NCBI GenBank assembly: GCA_038087875.1
Contig: CM075987.1
Span: 26,724,001-26,788,000, forward strand
Origin: Malacoraja senta
Taxonomy: Eukaryota
Direction: 5' to 3'
Length of the DNA stretch: 64,000 nucleotides
A model generated the notes under the pieces. That model had not been told where the DNA came from. It did not search any database and worked only from the letters and a program-made list of their open reading frames with translations. Shown here piece after piece: positions 11,668 to 24,118 of the stretch; the stretch's first letter is position 1, and the number at the start of each line of letters is the position of its first letter. Made by a program: the position numbers and the translations under genes.

Positions 11668-12234
11668 ATTTAAATGGAAGCTGGCAGATTGATGGAACCA
11701 CAATGCTAAATCGCGAGGATTTTACAAACGGTAGAGTCAATGTGTGCAGAACAATATACAAACCAATCCTTTGAAAAATGCAATCTATTTCTAAAGAGTT
11801 TGAAGTAAGGTCCTGACCCAAAACATCACCCATCCACATAATCCAGAGATGCTGCCTGACCCACTGAGTTACTCCAGCACTTTGTGTCCTTTACTGTAAA
11901 CCAGCATCTGCAGTTCCTTGTTTCCTCAAAGAGTTCTTATTTTTTTGCTCTGTTCAAGTTAAATAAGAGAGATACTGTATCTTGACTAAACAGGAAGGTT
12001 GCAGATAGACACAAAGTGCTGGAGTAACTCAACGGATCGGGCAGTATCTCTGGAGAAAATGAATAGGTGACGTTTCTGGTCGAGACCCTTCTTCGGACCT
12101 CTGAAGGGAGTTCTTTGAAACACTCTCTCACTCTAAACCCTATCCATTTACTCCAGAGTTGCTGCCTGACCCGTTGGGTTATTCAAGCATTTGGTGTCTA
12201 TCTTCGGTGTAAACCAACATCAGAGTTCCTTGTT

Positions 12235-12545
12235 GGGCGGTGGGGCCTGGGCGATGATGGGAACCTCGCAGGTCGGTGGGAGCCTCGCGGGTCGTTGGGA
12301 GCCTTGATGAGGGTGTGGGGAACCTCAGTGAGGGGGGGAGGGAGAAGAACAATGGAGGACCCGGCGTGTGCGGACTGCCATGAGGGAGGGGGGGAGGAGA
12401 GAATAAAGGAGCAGCCGGCATGGGGGGTACTTTGTAACTTTGTCGCTGCCCTTTACATGGCCACTATTTGCATACCTTGGGTACGCAAGCAAAGAGTTTT
12501 CCTGTGACTTGTCACATGTGGCAATAAAGTGTTCCATTCCATTGT
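12235..12545 (+). mobile_element. GC-rich non-autonomous retroposon with Rex1-like tail
   Basis: Ends TGCATACCTTGGGTACGCA..CTGTGACTTGTCACATGTGGCAATAAA; related copies at 1700, 41365 and 63350. Confidence 0.55.
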
Positions 12546-12594
12546 TATTACAGGTAGGTTGGAGATCATGACACCTTATCTCTGGTGAGCATAT

Positions 12595-12798
12595 ACATTT
12601 ATAATCTTATCGAAGCCAATAAAACCTATAAACCTGTACGTCTTTCGAGTGTGGGAGGAAACCGGAGCACCCGGGGAAAACCCACGTGGGTCACGGGGAG
12701 AACGTACAAACTCCTTGCAGACAGCACCCATAGTCAGGATCGAACCTAGGTCTCTGCCGCTGTGAGGCAGTAACTCTACCATTGCGCCACCGTGCCCC
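12595..12798 (-). mobile_element. V-SINE 5' portion
   Basis: Reverse complement of the SINE head and central domain. Confidence 0.85.
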
Positions 12799-13043
12799 CT
12801 GACTTGAAATTGTCCTGATCTGACCATTCTGTAACTTCACACTTATCAATGCAATTGACCCTTAAGAACTTAAGTGCAATCCACTCAGGTAATTTGTTAA
12901 ATTTATTGTGCTTATTATTTAGATGAACACTAAATATCAGTCTTGCCAGTAAAATCTACATCCTGCAAATGCATGCTTTTTTTAAAGTGGAAATGTCATG
13001 ACTATTCAGGCAAAACTCTTGAGCACATATCTAGGCAAATACT

Positions 13044-13233
13044 AGGTACACAAAAATGCTGGAGAAACTCAGCGGGTGCAGCAGCATCTATGGAGCGAAG
13101 GAAATAGGCAACGTTTCGGGCCAAAACCCTTCTTCAGACTGATAGGGGTGGGGAGAAGAAAGGAAAAAAGGAAAAAGGCGGAGGAGGAGCCCGAGGGCTG
13201 GGGGAGGGGAGGAGACAACCAGAGGGCTGATGA
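13044..13233 (-). mobile_element. Short 5'-truncated Penelope-like 3' end
   Basis: Near-identical to 41901-42095; 11-bp TSD AGGCAAATACT at 13033-13043 and 13234-13244. Confidence 0.85.
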
Positions 13234-13500
13234 AGGCAAATACTGTTGTGGAAATCACATAATGTTGTGGAAATCTTCCCCTTGCTAGTGATGGCATTTT
13301 TGAAATAAGATCTTAAACTGTGCCTCTATCAACTTTCTAAAATAACCTGCAAACACATAGACAGACACAAAATGGAGAGGCAGCATCACTGGAGAGAAGG
13401 AATAGGTGACGTTTCGGGTCAAGACCCTCCTTCAGACTGAGAGTCAGAGGACAGGGAAACGTGAGTTATGGAAGGGTCAAGTGTGAAAACGAGAGATCAA

Positions 13501-13689
13501 AGCCAATTAAGCTACAAACCTGCACATCTTTGGAGTGTGGGAGGAAACCGAAGATCTCGGAGAAAACCCACGCAGGTCACGGGGAGAACGTACAAACAAG
13601 GCACAGACAGCGCCCATAGTCGGGATCAAACCCGGGTCTCTGGCGCTACGAGCGCTGTAAGGCAGCAACTCTACCGCTGTGCCACCGTG
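13501..13689 (-). mobile_element. V-SINE 5' portion nested in a PLE-derived fold-back
   Basis: Reverse SINE head between PLE arms at about 13360-13500 and 13715-13850. Confidence 0.75.
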
Positions 13690-14689
13690 ACAGACGCTTC
13701 TTCAGACACTTTGAAGTCTGAAGGGAGTTTGAAGAAAGACCCGAAACGTCACCCATTCCTTCACTCCAGAGATGCTGCCTGTCCCGCTGAGTTACTCCAG
13801 CATCTTGTGTCTATCTTCAGTGTAAACCAGCATCTGCGGTCCCTTCCTACACGTTCTAAAATCATATTTCAACGTAACATCGAATTTCTCTTGACAGTGC
13901 AGCCAAGAAATATATTTGTCTGAAAAGCCATCTTCATTCATAACTATCATTTGTAATTCTCAAGGTGTCGTCTGTGTTGTTGAGGATGCTACTTTGCACT
14001 TGACAGCCGCAGCTATGACAAGCACATACAGTAGATTGGAAAGTTAGAGTGGAAAGTACATTCAATTCTTAAAGGGTTATTATTCACACTGGCGGCCTTG
14101 AACATTAGGTCATGCTTGGCCACTCTGCAACATTCATCAGTATTATGTTTCACCATTAGCAATAGTTGGTTACCAAACTGCATGTGTTTGAAATTCCAGA
14201 TAAGATCCGTACTATTGTGGCGTAGGAAGGAACTGCAGATGCTGGTTTAAATCTAAGATAGACACAAAATGCTGGAGTAACTCAGCGGGACAGGCAGCTT
14301 CGGTGGAGTGAAGGGATGGGTGACGTTTCAGTTCGAGACCCCTCTTGACTCTTTATTTCATTAAAGAAAAAAAGAGTGCAGAGTTGCCGGTGACATGAGG
14401 ATCCCGAGTGTAAAATCATTTTAATAAACAAATGAACTGCTGAAATTAAAGGGGAAAAAAAATCAATGCTTTGTAAGACGGGACAGGCAGCATCTCTGGA
14501 GAGAAGGAATGGGTGACGTTTCAGGTCGAGACCCTTCTTCAGACTGAGAGTCAGGGGAAAGGGAAAAGAGAGATATAGACGGTGATATAGATTGATATAG
14601 AACAAATGAATGAAAGATATTATATGTAAAAAAAGTAACGCTGATAAAGGAAGGTGATTGTTAGCTGTGGGCTAGGTGAAGGCCAGGCT

Positions 14690-15215
14690 GCATTTAGAGT
14701 CTGGACACCATGTTGTAGAAAATATGTTGTCAAGGGTACAGAGAAGATTTACAAGGATGTTGCCAGGACTAGAGGGCCTAAGATGTAGGGAGAGGTTGAG
14801 CAGGCTGGGACTGTATTCCTTGGAGCGCAGGAGGATGAGGGGTGATCTTATAGAGGTGTATAGAACCATGAAAGGAATGGATCGGGTAGATGCACAGAGT
14901 CTCTTGCCCAGAGTAGGTGAATCGAGGTCCAGAGGACATAGGTTCAAGGTGAAGGAGGAAAGATTTAATAGGAACCCGAGGGGAAACTTTTTCACACAAA
15001 GGGTGGTGGGTGTATGGAACGAGCTGCCAGAGGAGGTAGTTGAGGCTGGGACTATCCCAACATATAGGATAAAGTGAGACAGGTACATGGATAGGACAGG
15101 TTTGGAGGGATATGGGCCAAACGCGGGAAGGTGGGACTAGTGTAGCTGGGACATGTTGGCTGGTGTTGGCAAGTTGGGCCGAAGGGCCTGTTTCCACCAT
15201 GCATCACTCTATGAC
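14690..15215 (+). mobile_element. CR1 LINE 3' end (HER1-like; tail shared with V-SINE), nested in a PLE remnant at about 14478-15372
   Basis: ORF 14676..15077 (RVQRRFTRMLPGL..LGLYSLERRRMRGDLIEVY..TQRVVGVWNELP); 3' end GGGCCGAAGGGCCTGTTTCC. Confidence 0.9.
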
Positions 15216-16420
15216 CCCAAGACTCTAAAATGAGTTACAGACAATGAAACTCACCAGGACGACATTGAAACTCGTCCAACGACCAGAGGTTGGGGAGGGA
15301 CAGAGATAGAGTGGGGATGCAAGGATTACTTGAAGTTTGAGAAATCAATATTCATACCACTGGGTTGTAAGTAATATCTCATCTTCATTTCTCTTAACCA
15401 TCATTCACAACTGTCCCTGTGATTGCCTCGTGAGAAATTAATGTTTCAGCTTAAAAGCCATTTTCCCAAAGGCTTTTTTCTTGCGTTGTCTGCTTCACGA
15501 TCCTTCTTTTATAAAGAACACATGAAGGAAGCTGGTATCTGCAGATGATATTATTTATATATTACTTAAATGTTATTCATTTAGTCTTGAATCATTCAAC
15601 CAAATTATTATGCCAAACTTCCAACATCAAACAGGAAATGTTGCATTTGTAGTCTTTTTATATTAAATTTAATGGAATGAAGAATCACATCAATCTAAAA
15701 TGGCCACCAGGAGTTATCAGAAGTAATAACAAACTTTTAATTAATTATGCTGTGCCCCAATTCTATAAAATAATGTTGATAGTCACCGGAGGTGATGTTG
15801 CAATGACTAGGCTTCATTAGAAGTAAATTAGAATGTGGAAGCATCAAGGAACAGCATGAGAGCCTTCATTAAAATGCCTCGAACACCACTGCTGACCATC
15901 AGTAAAACTTGCACAAAGAACCTCAGCTTTTCCTTGATGAATACGCCTGGCAATTATTTTTCGCAAAATCTTTCATCGTTCTTTGAGATGCAAACGTCTA
16001 GAAATGAAGCTGTGTAGGAAGGGAGGAACTGCAGATGCTGGTTTAAACCGAAGGTAGACACAAAATGCTGGAGCAACTCAACTCAGCGGGACAGGCAGCA
16101 TCTCTGGGGAGAAGGAATAGGTGACGTCTCGGGTCGAGACCAGAGTCTGAAGAAGGGTCTCGACCCCGAACGTCATTCATTCCTTCTCTCCAGAGATGCT
16201 GCCTGCCCCGCTGAGTTACTCCAGCTTCAAGGTCCTTCATGCCAGCTTTTCCTCATTTTCTATCTGTTAGGCAGGAGCGTTTTGCCAGCATCTTCAAGTA
16301 ATTACTCATACCTTACAAATGATTCTGCGCTTTGTACAGGTAGTTTGAAGTTTAGCAAACAGTACAGCTCATGCATGTGTGACTTACACAGTTGAGAATA
16401 GACCCAAACTGCTGAAGTTA

Positions 16421-16750
16421 TAGCCCAGTCCCACGGTACGAGTTCATTCCAAGAGCTTTCCCGAGTTTAAAAAAAATCAAACTCGTGGTAAGCACGGAGA
16501 ATGAACGTAGCGGGTACGTCGGAGCTCGGGGACGTCTCTTAGCGGCTCGTAACGCTAACGGCAGGTACTCGGGAAGACTCGCTAACGGCAGGTAAACACG
16601 GGAAGACTCGTGAAGATTTTTCAAAATGATGAAAAATGTCCACGAGAGCCCCGAGTACCGACGAGCGGCCATTACCGTAAATCTCCGAGTTCGAATCAGG
16701 GCAAACTCGGGAGAGCTCTTGGAATGAACTCGTACCGTGGGACAGGGGTT
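16421..16750. mobile_element. PIF/Harbinger-type MITE, full length (330 bp)
   Basis: TIRs; TTA/TAA flanks; interrupts the PLE-end motif GCTGGAGTAACTCAGCGGG. Confidence 0.88.
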
Positions 16751-17023
16751 TAACTCAGCGGGTTAGGCAGATCTGAAGAAAAGGAATGGGTGATGTTTTG
16801 GGTCGAGACCCTTCATCAGACTGCGTGGAGATTGACAGATTGTTGATGAGTAGAGTTATGGGGAGAAGGCAGGAGAATGTGGTTGAGAGGGAAAGATAGA
16901 TCAGCCATGATTGAATGGCGGAGTAGTCTTGATGGGCCGAATGGCCTAATTCTGCTCCTATAACCTGTAAGCTTATGAGCAGATGAAGTTTATTGTCACA
17001 TGTACCGAGGTAGAGTGAAAAGC

Positions 17024-17277
17024 AGTCCGCGCCGACCAGCGATCCCCGCACACTAACACCATCCTACACACACGCGGGACAATTTACATTTATACCAAGC
17101 CAGTTAATCTACAAAACTGTACGTCTTTGGAGTGTGGGAGGAAACTGAAGATCTCGGAGAAAACCCACGCAGGTCACAGGGAGAACGTGCAAACTCCGTA
17201 CAGGCAGCACCCGTAGTCAGGATGGAACCCGGGTCTCTGGCGCTGTGAGGCAGCAACTCTACTGCTGTGCCACCGTC
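17024..17277 (-). mobile_element. V-SINE
   Basis: Reverse complement of the SINE consensus. Confidence 0.85.
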
Positions 17278-17394
17278 CTATAATTCAAAATAATGACTTG
17301 GCTTTTTGTATTTTGTTCTCCTCTCTGTTAATGACAGGAGGAGAGGTCACTCAACATAATTAGATTGGGGCAGATAATTAGATTGGGGCAGCTT

Positions 17395-17710
17395 CTTGTG
17401 CAACTAGTGGAGTTGCTGATGCACTGTTCCCCGTGACCTCGGTTCGATCCTGACCTCCCACGCCGTTAGCGGGCTGCCTGCGTGTTCTCTCGGTGACCGC
17501 GTGGTTTTCCCTTGGGCGCTTCGGATTCCTCCCACACGCCAAAGACGTGAATGGTGTTGCATTAACTGGCCACTGGTGGAGACGTGAGATACACACGGGG
17601 AGATGTTAATGGCAATGTCAGGAGTATAAAATCAGTTAGAGAAGCATTAATGTCAATGGTCGATGCAGACAATGTATCCAAGAACCTATTTCTGTTTCAC
17701 TCTATATGAG
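17395..17710 (+). mobile_element. Old, diverged V-SINE
   Basis: GGTTCGATCC B-box and degenerate central domain TTCCTCCCACACGCCAAAGACGTG. Confidence 0.6.
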
Positions 17711-17729
17711 GTCAACTTATACTTACCCG

Positions 17730-18420
17730 TATAAGGGATGTAATACTGAGGCTCTATAAGGCGCTGGTCATGCTGCATTTGGAATATTGTGAGCAAATTT
17801 GGGCATCATATCTGAGGAAGGATGTGCTGGCTCTGGAGAGGGTCCAGAGGAGATTTACAAGAATGATCCCAGGATCAAGTGGGTTAGCTTATAATGAGCG
17901 TTTGACGACACTGGGCCTGTACTCGCTGGAGTTTAGAAGAATGAGGGGGGGGACCTCAATGATACATACAGAATAGTGAAAGGCTTGGATAGAGTGAATG
18001 TGGAGAGGATGTTTCCACTAGTGGGAGAGTCTAGGACCAGAGGTCACAGCCTCAGAATTAAAGGACGGCCTTTTAGGAAGGAGATGAGGAGGAATTTTGT
18101 TAGACAGAGGGTTGTGAATCTGTGGAATTCGTTGCCACAGACGGCTGTGGAGGCCAAGTCAGTGGATATAATTAAGGCAGAGACAGACAGATTCTTGATT
18201 AGTACGGGTGTCAGAGGTTATGGGGAGAAGGCAGGAGAATGGGGTTGGGAGGGAGAGGTAGATCAGGTAGACACAAAATGCTGGAGTAGCTCGGCAGCAC
18301 AGGCAGCATCTCCGGTGATGTTTCGGGTCGAGACCCTTCTTGAGAATCAGCCGTGATTGAATGACGGAGTAGACCTGATGGCCTAATTCTATTCTTATCA
18401 CTCATTCATGATCATGACCT
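17730..18420 (+). mobile_element. CR1 LINE 3' end interrupted by a PLE fragment (about 18266-18343)
   Basis: ORFs 17770..17976 and 17976..18356 (HLEYC..ALERVQRRFTRMIPG; SRTRGHSLRIKG..RVVNLWNSLP). Confidence 0.9.
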
Positions 18421-18448
18421 TGTGGAAGTTCTTCATTGCACACAGATA

Positions 18449-18742
18449 AACCCCTGTCCCACGGTACGAGTTCATTCCAAGAGCTCTCCCGAGTTTGCCC
18501 TGATTCGAACTCGGAGATTTACGGTAATGGCCACTCGTCGGCACTCGGGGCTCTCGTGGACATTTTTCATCATGTTGAAAAATCTTCACGAGTCTTCCCG
18601 TGCTTACCTGCCGTTAGCAAGTCTTCCCCAGTACCTGCCGTTAGCGCTAAGAGACGTCCCCGAGCTCCGACGTCCCATGAGTTTGATTTTTTTAAAACTC
18701 GGGAGAGCTCTTGGAATGAACTCGTACCGTGGGACAGGGCTA
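18449..18742. mobile_element. PIF/Harbinger-type MITE, reverse orientation, internal deletions
   Basis: Same TIRs as the 16421 copy. Confidence 0.85.
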
Positions 18743-18841
18743 TTGGAGTATCGATTTGGACGCTTAGAAACTAATATTTTTCAGCATTCACTATTTCATC
18801 TCCTCTTTCATCCGTCATTGCTATCATTGACTAAAACACAA

Positions 18842-19080
18842 GGGGGCGGCACGGTGGCGCAGTGGTCGACTAGCTGCCTCACAGCGCCAGACAGTCGGGT
18901 TCGATCCTGAACTCGGGTGCTCTCTGTATGGAGTTTGCACATTCTCCCTGTGACCTGCGTGAGTTTTCTCCGGGTGCTCCGGTTGGCTCCTACACTCCAA
19001 AGACGTACAGGCTGTAGGTTAATTGGCTAGGTATAAGTGCAAATTGTCCCTAGTGTGTGCAGGAAAGTGTTAGTGTGCGG
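18842..19080 (+). mobile_element. V-SINE, 3' truncated
   Basis: SINE head and central domain. Confidence 0.85.
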
Positions 19081-19399
19081 TCAGAATTGCAATGTACAGT
19101 TCTGCACTTTGGCTCAAGGTATGTTCCGCATTGTATGGAAATATCCTTCAGTGTAATTTTTTTGACCAAATCCTACATTTACGTAGTTAAACATCATCAC
19201 CCTTCTTCATATGATTCAAAATGATGAATTCTGATGTGCTTTTGTTTGAGATTTAATGTCTCGTGTCTTCTGGTGCTCAGGAGTGCTCTCACACCTCTCC
19301 ACTGTAATGTTTCCAAGGCTTGAATATCACTCAGGCCACAGTGTCAAAGGGTCAATGCAGTAGCGTGGGTATAATCCACCCAGACCACTTCACAAAATG

Positions 19400-19620
19400 A
19401 CACAAAGTGCTGGAATAACTCTGCGGGTCAGGCAGCATCTCTGGACAACATGGATAAGGTGACGTTTCGTGTCGAGACCCTTGCACAGTCTGAAAAAGGG
19501 TCTCGACCTGAAACATCACCTACCAATGTTCTCCAGAGATGCTGCCTGACCTGTTGTGTTACTCCAGCACTTTGTGTACTTTTCTACATCAACATGCATC
19601 TTCAGTTCTTTGTTTCTGAA
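19400..19620. mobile_element. Penelope-derived fold-back element
   Basis: Inverted arms meeting at GAGACCCTTGCACAGTCTGAAAAAGGGTCTC. Confidence 0.7.
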
Positions 19621-19667
19621 TGTTTGTGTTATTTTCATTCCTTCTAACTTACTGTGTCTTTATTCTG

Positions 19668-19960
19668 GTTTCGTTTAGATATACAGCGCAGAATCAGGCC
19701 CTTCAGCCCACCTAGTCCGTACCAACCAGCGATCCCCGCACACTAACACTATTCTACACACACCAGGGACAATTTACCTTTATACCTCGCCAATTAGCAT
19801 ACAAACCTGTACGTCTTTGGAGTGTGGGAGGAAACCGGAGCACCCGGAGAAAACCCACGCAGGTCACGGGGAGAACGTACAAACTCCGTACAGACAGCAC
19901 CCGTAGTCAGGATCGAACCTGGCGCTGTGAGGCAGCATCTCTACCGCTGCGCCACCGTGC
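19668..19960 (-). mobile_element. V-SINE
   Basis: Near full-length reverse copy. Confidence 0.85.
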
Positions 19961-20097
19961 CTCACCATTTAGTTTCATATTTTATTTGCTTTTGTTCATA
20001 ACTAATCACAGATTGGAGACATCAAATGGCAAGTTTAATATTTCCGCATCTCTATTAAATATGCCCTCACCAGAGTCCACTGTGTTTGGTCCACTGT

Positions 20098-20545
20098 CAG
20101 ATTGAGGCCCAGCGCAAACTGGAGGAACAGCACCTCATATTTCGCTTGGGCAGCTTACACCCCAGCGGTATGAACATTGACTTCTTTAACTTCAAGTAAC
20201 CCTTGCTTGCCCTCTCTCTCTCCATCCCCTCCCCCACCTTAGTCATCGTTCTAGTTTCATTGTCGTCCTGCTGAGTTTCACTGTTTGTGTCACTCGTTAC
20301 CACCTTCCCCACAGCAAACATTGGACCATTGTGGGCTCCGTCTTCCCTTGACCGTCATTGCTGGCTTTGATCTGTCAGTTTGCACACCTTTCATTCATTT
20401 GTTCTGTGTAACTTTTAATATCTCTCGGTTCCCTCTCCGCTGACTCTCAGTCTGAAGAAGGGTCTCGACCCGAAACGTCACCCATTCCTTTTCTCCAGAG
20501 ATGCTGCCTGACCCGCTGAGTTACTCCAGCATTTTGTGCCGTCTT
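20098..20545 (+). mobile_element. Penelope-like 3' fragment
   Basis: End of GIY-YIG region (AAACTGGAGGAACAGCACCTCATATTTCGCTTGGG) followed by the 3' repeat. Confidence 0.8.
20452..20479 (+). ncRNA. Putative minimal type I hammerhead ribozyme core (PLE-associated)
   Basis: CUGAAGA-A-GGGU(CUCG)ACCC-GAAA-CG-UC: both catalytic boxes, stem II, palindromic ACGU and a GUC triplet; stem I is weak. Confidence 0.6.
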
Positions 20546-20634
20546 CAAAATTGGCTCATCCTCCACCATCCCCCCCACCCCTGCCCTCCCCCCCTAATGT
20601 GCAACGTTTAATAATTTTCACCTGTCTATTGTTA

Positions 20635-21267
20635 TAACAAGAGGAATCGAATATAGGAGCAAAGAGGTCCTTCTGCAGTTGTACAGAGCCCTAGTGAGAT
20701 AACACCTGGAGTATTGTGTGCAGTTTTGGTCCCCTAATTTGAGGAGAGACATTCTTGCTATTGAGGGAGTGCAGCGTAGGTTTACAAGGTTAATTCCCGG
20801 GATGGCAGGACTGTCATATGCTGAGAGAATGGAGCAGCTGGGCTTGTACACTCTGGAGTTTAGAAGGATGAGAGGGTATCCCATTGAAACATATAAGATT
20901 GTTAAGGGTTTGAACACGCTAGAGGCAGGAAACATGTTCCCGATGTTGGGGGAGTCCAGAACCAGGGGCCACCGTTTAAGAATAAGGAGTAAGCCATTTA
21001 GAACGGAGACGAGGAAACACTTTTTCTCACAGAGAGTGGTGAGTCTGTGGAATTCTCTGCCTCAGAGGGCGGTGGAGGCCGGTTCTCTGGATGCTTTCAA
21101 GAGAGAGCTAGATAGGGCTCTTAAAAATAGCGGAGTCAGGGGATATGGGGAGAAGGCAGGAACGGGGTACTGATTGGGGATGATCAGCCATGATCACATT
21201 GAATGACGGTGCTGGCTCGAAGGGCCGAATGGCCTACACCTGCACCTATTGTCTATTGTCTATTGTC
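20635..21267 (+). mobile_element. CR1 LINE 3' end, (TATTGTC)n tail subfamily
   Basis: ORF 20718..21173 (QFWSPNLRRDILAIEGVQRRFTRLIPG..SQRVVSLWNSLP). Confidence 0.92.
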
Positions 21268-21663
21268 ACATTTTAACACACCTTGTAACCCATTTTCTAT
21301 ATGTTAGGCTGCCAGTTCATGTGCAAGTGCCTCTCTCTCTTTCTCTTGCTGCCAGGTTTGTTCTACTGTAAGCTCCGTAGAACAAGTTGTTCAACAATAC
21401 CAGGTCCTCTGGGACACTAGTCAGAGCACTGGGTCATTTATGAAGGCTGTTCTTCATGGCCGCTGGGTATTGTGCTCAGAATTGCCAAGCTTGTCTCACT
21501 TGGAGTCCCTGCAGGCAATGTTCAGCATCTACAATGTACACATAGAATGTACAGGGTCTACAGTGTACAATGTACAGGTACATCTGACACGAGTCGCTGC
21601 CTCAAAAAGGCAGCCAGCATCATCAGAGACACACACCACCCTGGCCACACACTCATCTCACCT

Positions 21664-21803
<140 letters not shown>

Positions 21804-22566
21804 TGAACATGTATAGGAAGGATTGCAGATCTGGTTTAAACTGAAGATTGACACAAGCAGCTGGAGTAACAGGTGACATTTCAGGTCGAGACCCTTCGTC
21901 AGATGAAGGGTCTCAAGCCGGAACATCACCTATTCCTTTGCTCCGAAGTTGTTGTCAGACCCACTGAGTTACTCCAGCTGTTTGCATCTATCTTCATTGT
22001 ATGTATATGTATACATACACACACATTTTGTTCTCGTTTATTCTATTGTTTACAGTGTACCATGTTAACATATTCTGTCGTGCTGCTGCAAGTAAGAATT
22101 TCATAGTGTAGGAAGGAACTGCAGATGCTGGTTTACGCCAAAGAAAGACACAAAATGCTGGAGTAACTCAGTGGGACAGGCCGCAACTCTGTAGAGAAGG
22201 AATGGGTGACGTTTTGGTTCGGTATAGAACCTTCTTCAGACTCAATATAACACCCTTGACTCTCGACTTTTGACTCCCTTGAGCCCCAACAGGCAATGAG
22301 CAGACCTCCTCTGGGCCCCTTGAGAACTCAAACAGAGAGGTGAAGGATTGCGCGCTGACCTACTTTGGCAGCCTGAGCTCTCAAAGCAATTAAGTTTGAT
22401 GCAGGGAGGGTATTTTACTTCACTTCTCCTCCCATTCCCACCCTCACTACATCAAAACGTATTAACAGTCTAACGCATGAATCAAAACCCAATAGATGTT
22501 TGGAATATTTAAACAGAATCAAGGGAATTTGGGTTTTATAGCTCTGGATTAACATTATTAATACAG

Positions 22567-23047
22567 GGGGCGGCAAGGTGGCGCAGCGGTAGAGTTGCTG
22601 CCTTACAGCGCCAGAGACCCGGGTTCAATCCTGACTACGAGTGCTGTCTGTACGGTGTTTATACATTCTCCCCCTGTGACCGCGTGGGTTTACTCCAGGT
22701 GCTCCGGTTTCCTCCCACACTCCAAAAATGTGCAGGTGCAGTTTAGTTTGGAGATACAGCGCGGAAACAGGCCCTTCGGCCCACCGAGGCTGCGCCAATC
22801 AGCCGTCACCCCGCACACCAGCACTATCCTGCACACACTAGGGACAATTTTACAATTTTACAGAAGCCAATTAACCAACAAACCTGTACGTCTTTCGAGT
22901 GTGGAAGGAAACCGGAGCACCCGGAGGAAAACCACATGGTCACAGGGAGAACGTACAAACTCCGTACAGACAGCCCCCATAGTCAGGATTGAACCGGGGT
23001 CTCTGGCGCTTTAAGGCAGCAACTCTACCGCTGCGCCACCTTGCCAC
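22567..23047. mobile_element. V-SINE 5' half (+, 22567-22738) joined to a full reverse V-SINE (-, 22741-23047)
   Basis: Both match the SINE consensus in opposite orientations. Confidence 0.85.
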
Positions 23048-23049
23048 GG

Positions 23050-23320
23050 AAGGTGAAGGGGAAAAGATTTAATTGAATCTGAGGGGTAACTTTTTCACAC
23101 AGAGAGTGGTGGGTGAATGGAATGAGCTGCCGAAGGAGGAAGTTGAGGTTGGGACTATCCCAACATATAAGAAACAGTTAGACAGGTACATGGATAGGAC
23201 AGGTTTGGAGGGATATGGGGCCAAACGCAGGCAGATGGGACTAGTGTAGCTGGGACATGTTGGTCGGTGTGGGCAAGTTGGGCAGAAAGGTCTGTTTCCA
23301 CGCTGTATCTCTCTATTACT
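23050..23320 (+). mobile_element. CR1 (HER1-like) 3' end
   Basis: Matches 14950-15215. Confidence 0.85.
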
Positions 23321-24118
23321 TTGTCAATAACACCAAGCATCGTCTGCTTTCATCTGTCCTTTTCACACCTTACATTCAATAGGGAGGGGAAAAAAACGTG
23401 AAGCTTTTTCAGAACCAAGGTGGAAAACAAATTTCAGATGCAGATGTAAAGATACGGATGATTCATGATACTGTGCAGCGAGCAGCGAACAGCGAACAAC
23501 AAGATACATATTTCTCTGCATTAATCAATCAAAGATATGTTCACTGATACATAAATACACAAGCATCGTTTCAGCACTGAGCAATTTAAAACAAGGAATT
23601 AACATTAAACCAACAGGGAAATGTGCGAGCGTGGAGGATCGCTGGTCAGTGCGGACTTCTCTAAACTAAACTAAACTGAAGGGTCTCGACCCGGAACGTC
23701 ACCTATTCCTTCGCTCCAGAGATGCTGCCTCACCCGCTGACTTACTCCAGCTTTTTGTGTCTGCAGTATCTTGCCTTATTTACTGTAAAGCCCATTTCTT
23801 CCACACCCCTTGTGTAATCAATGATGGCTGAATATTGCTTGGACAGAACTCAGTTGGCCTAGATTTTAAGCCAGGAGTAACCCTTGTTTCTCACTCAAAA
23901 ATCAAAAGGTTTATTTGTCACAAGTGCCAACAACTGAAGAATGAAATTCTTTCACCTCCATCCTGTACAACTGTGGCTAAACCCTATTCTATAACTCCAA
24001 CTAATTGTACGGTATGTATGCCTCATTGTCACCTTCTCCTCAGCTGTCAGTGAACCATTCCACATTTGAATGAATAATACTTGATTGCCACATGTGACAA
24101 GTCACAGTGATATTCTTA

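Noticed and set aside
16418..16672. Recurring ORF 'LPEYLPLALRAAKRRP' (also at 4992 and 18422)
   Set aside because: Recurs because it is read from copies of the same non-coding MITE
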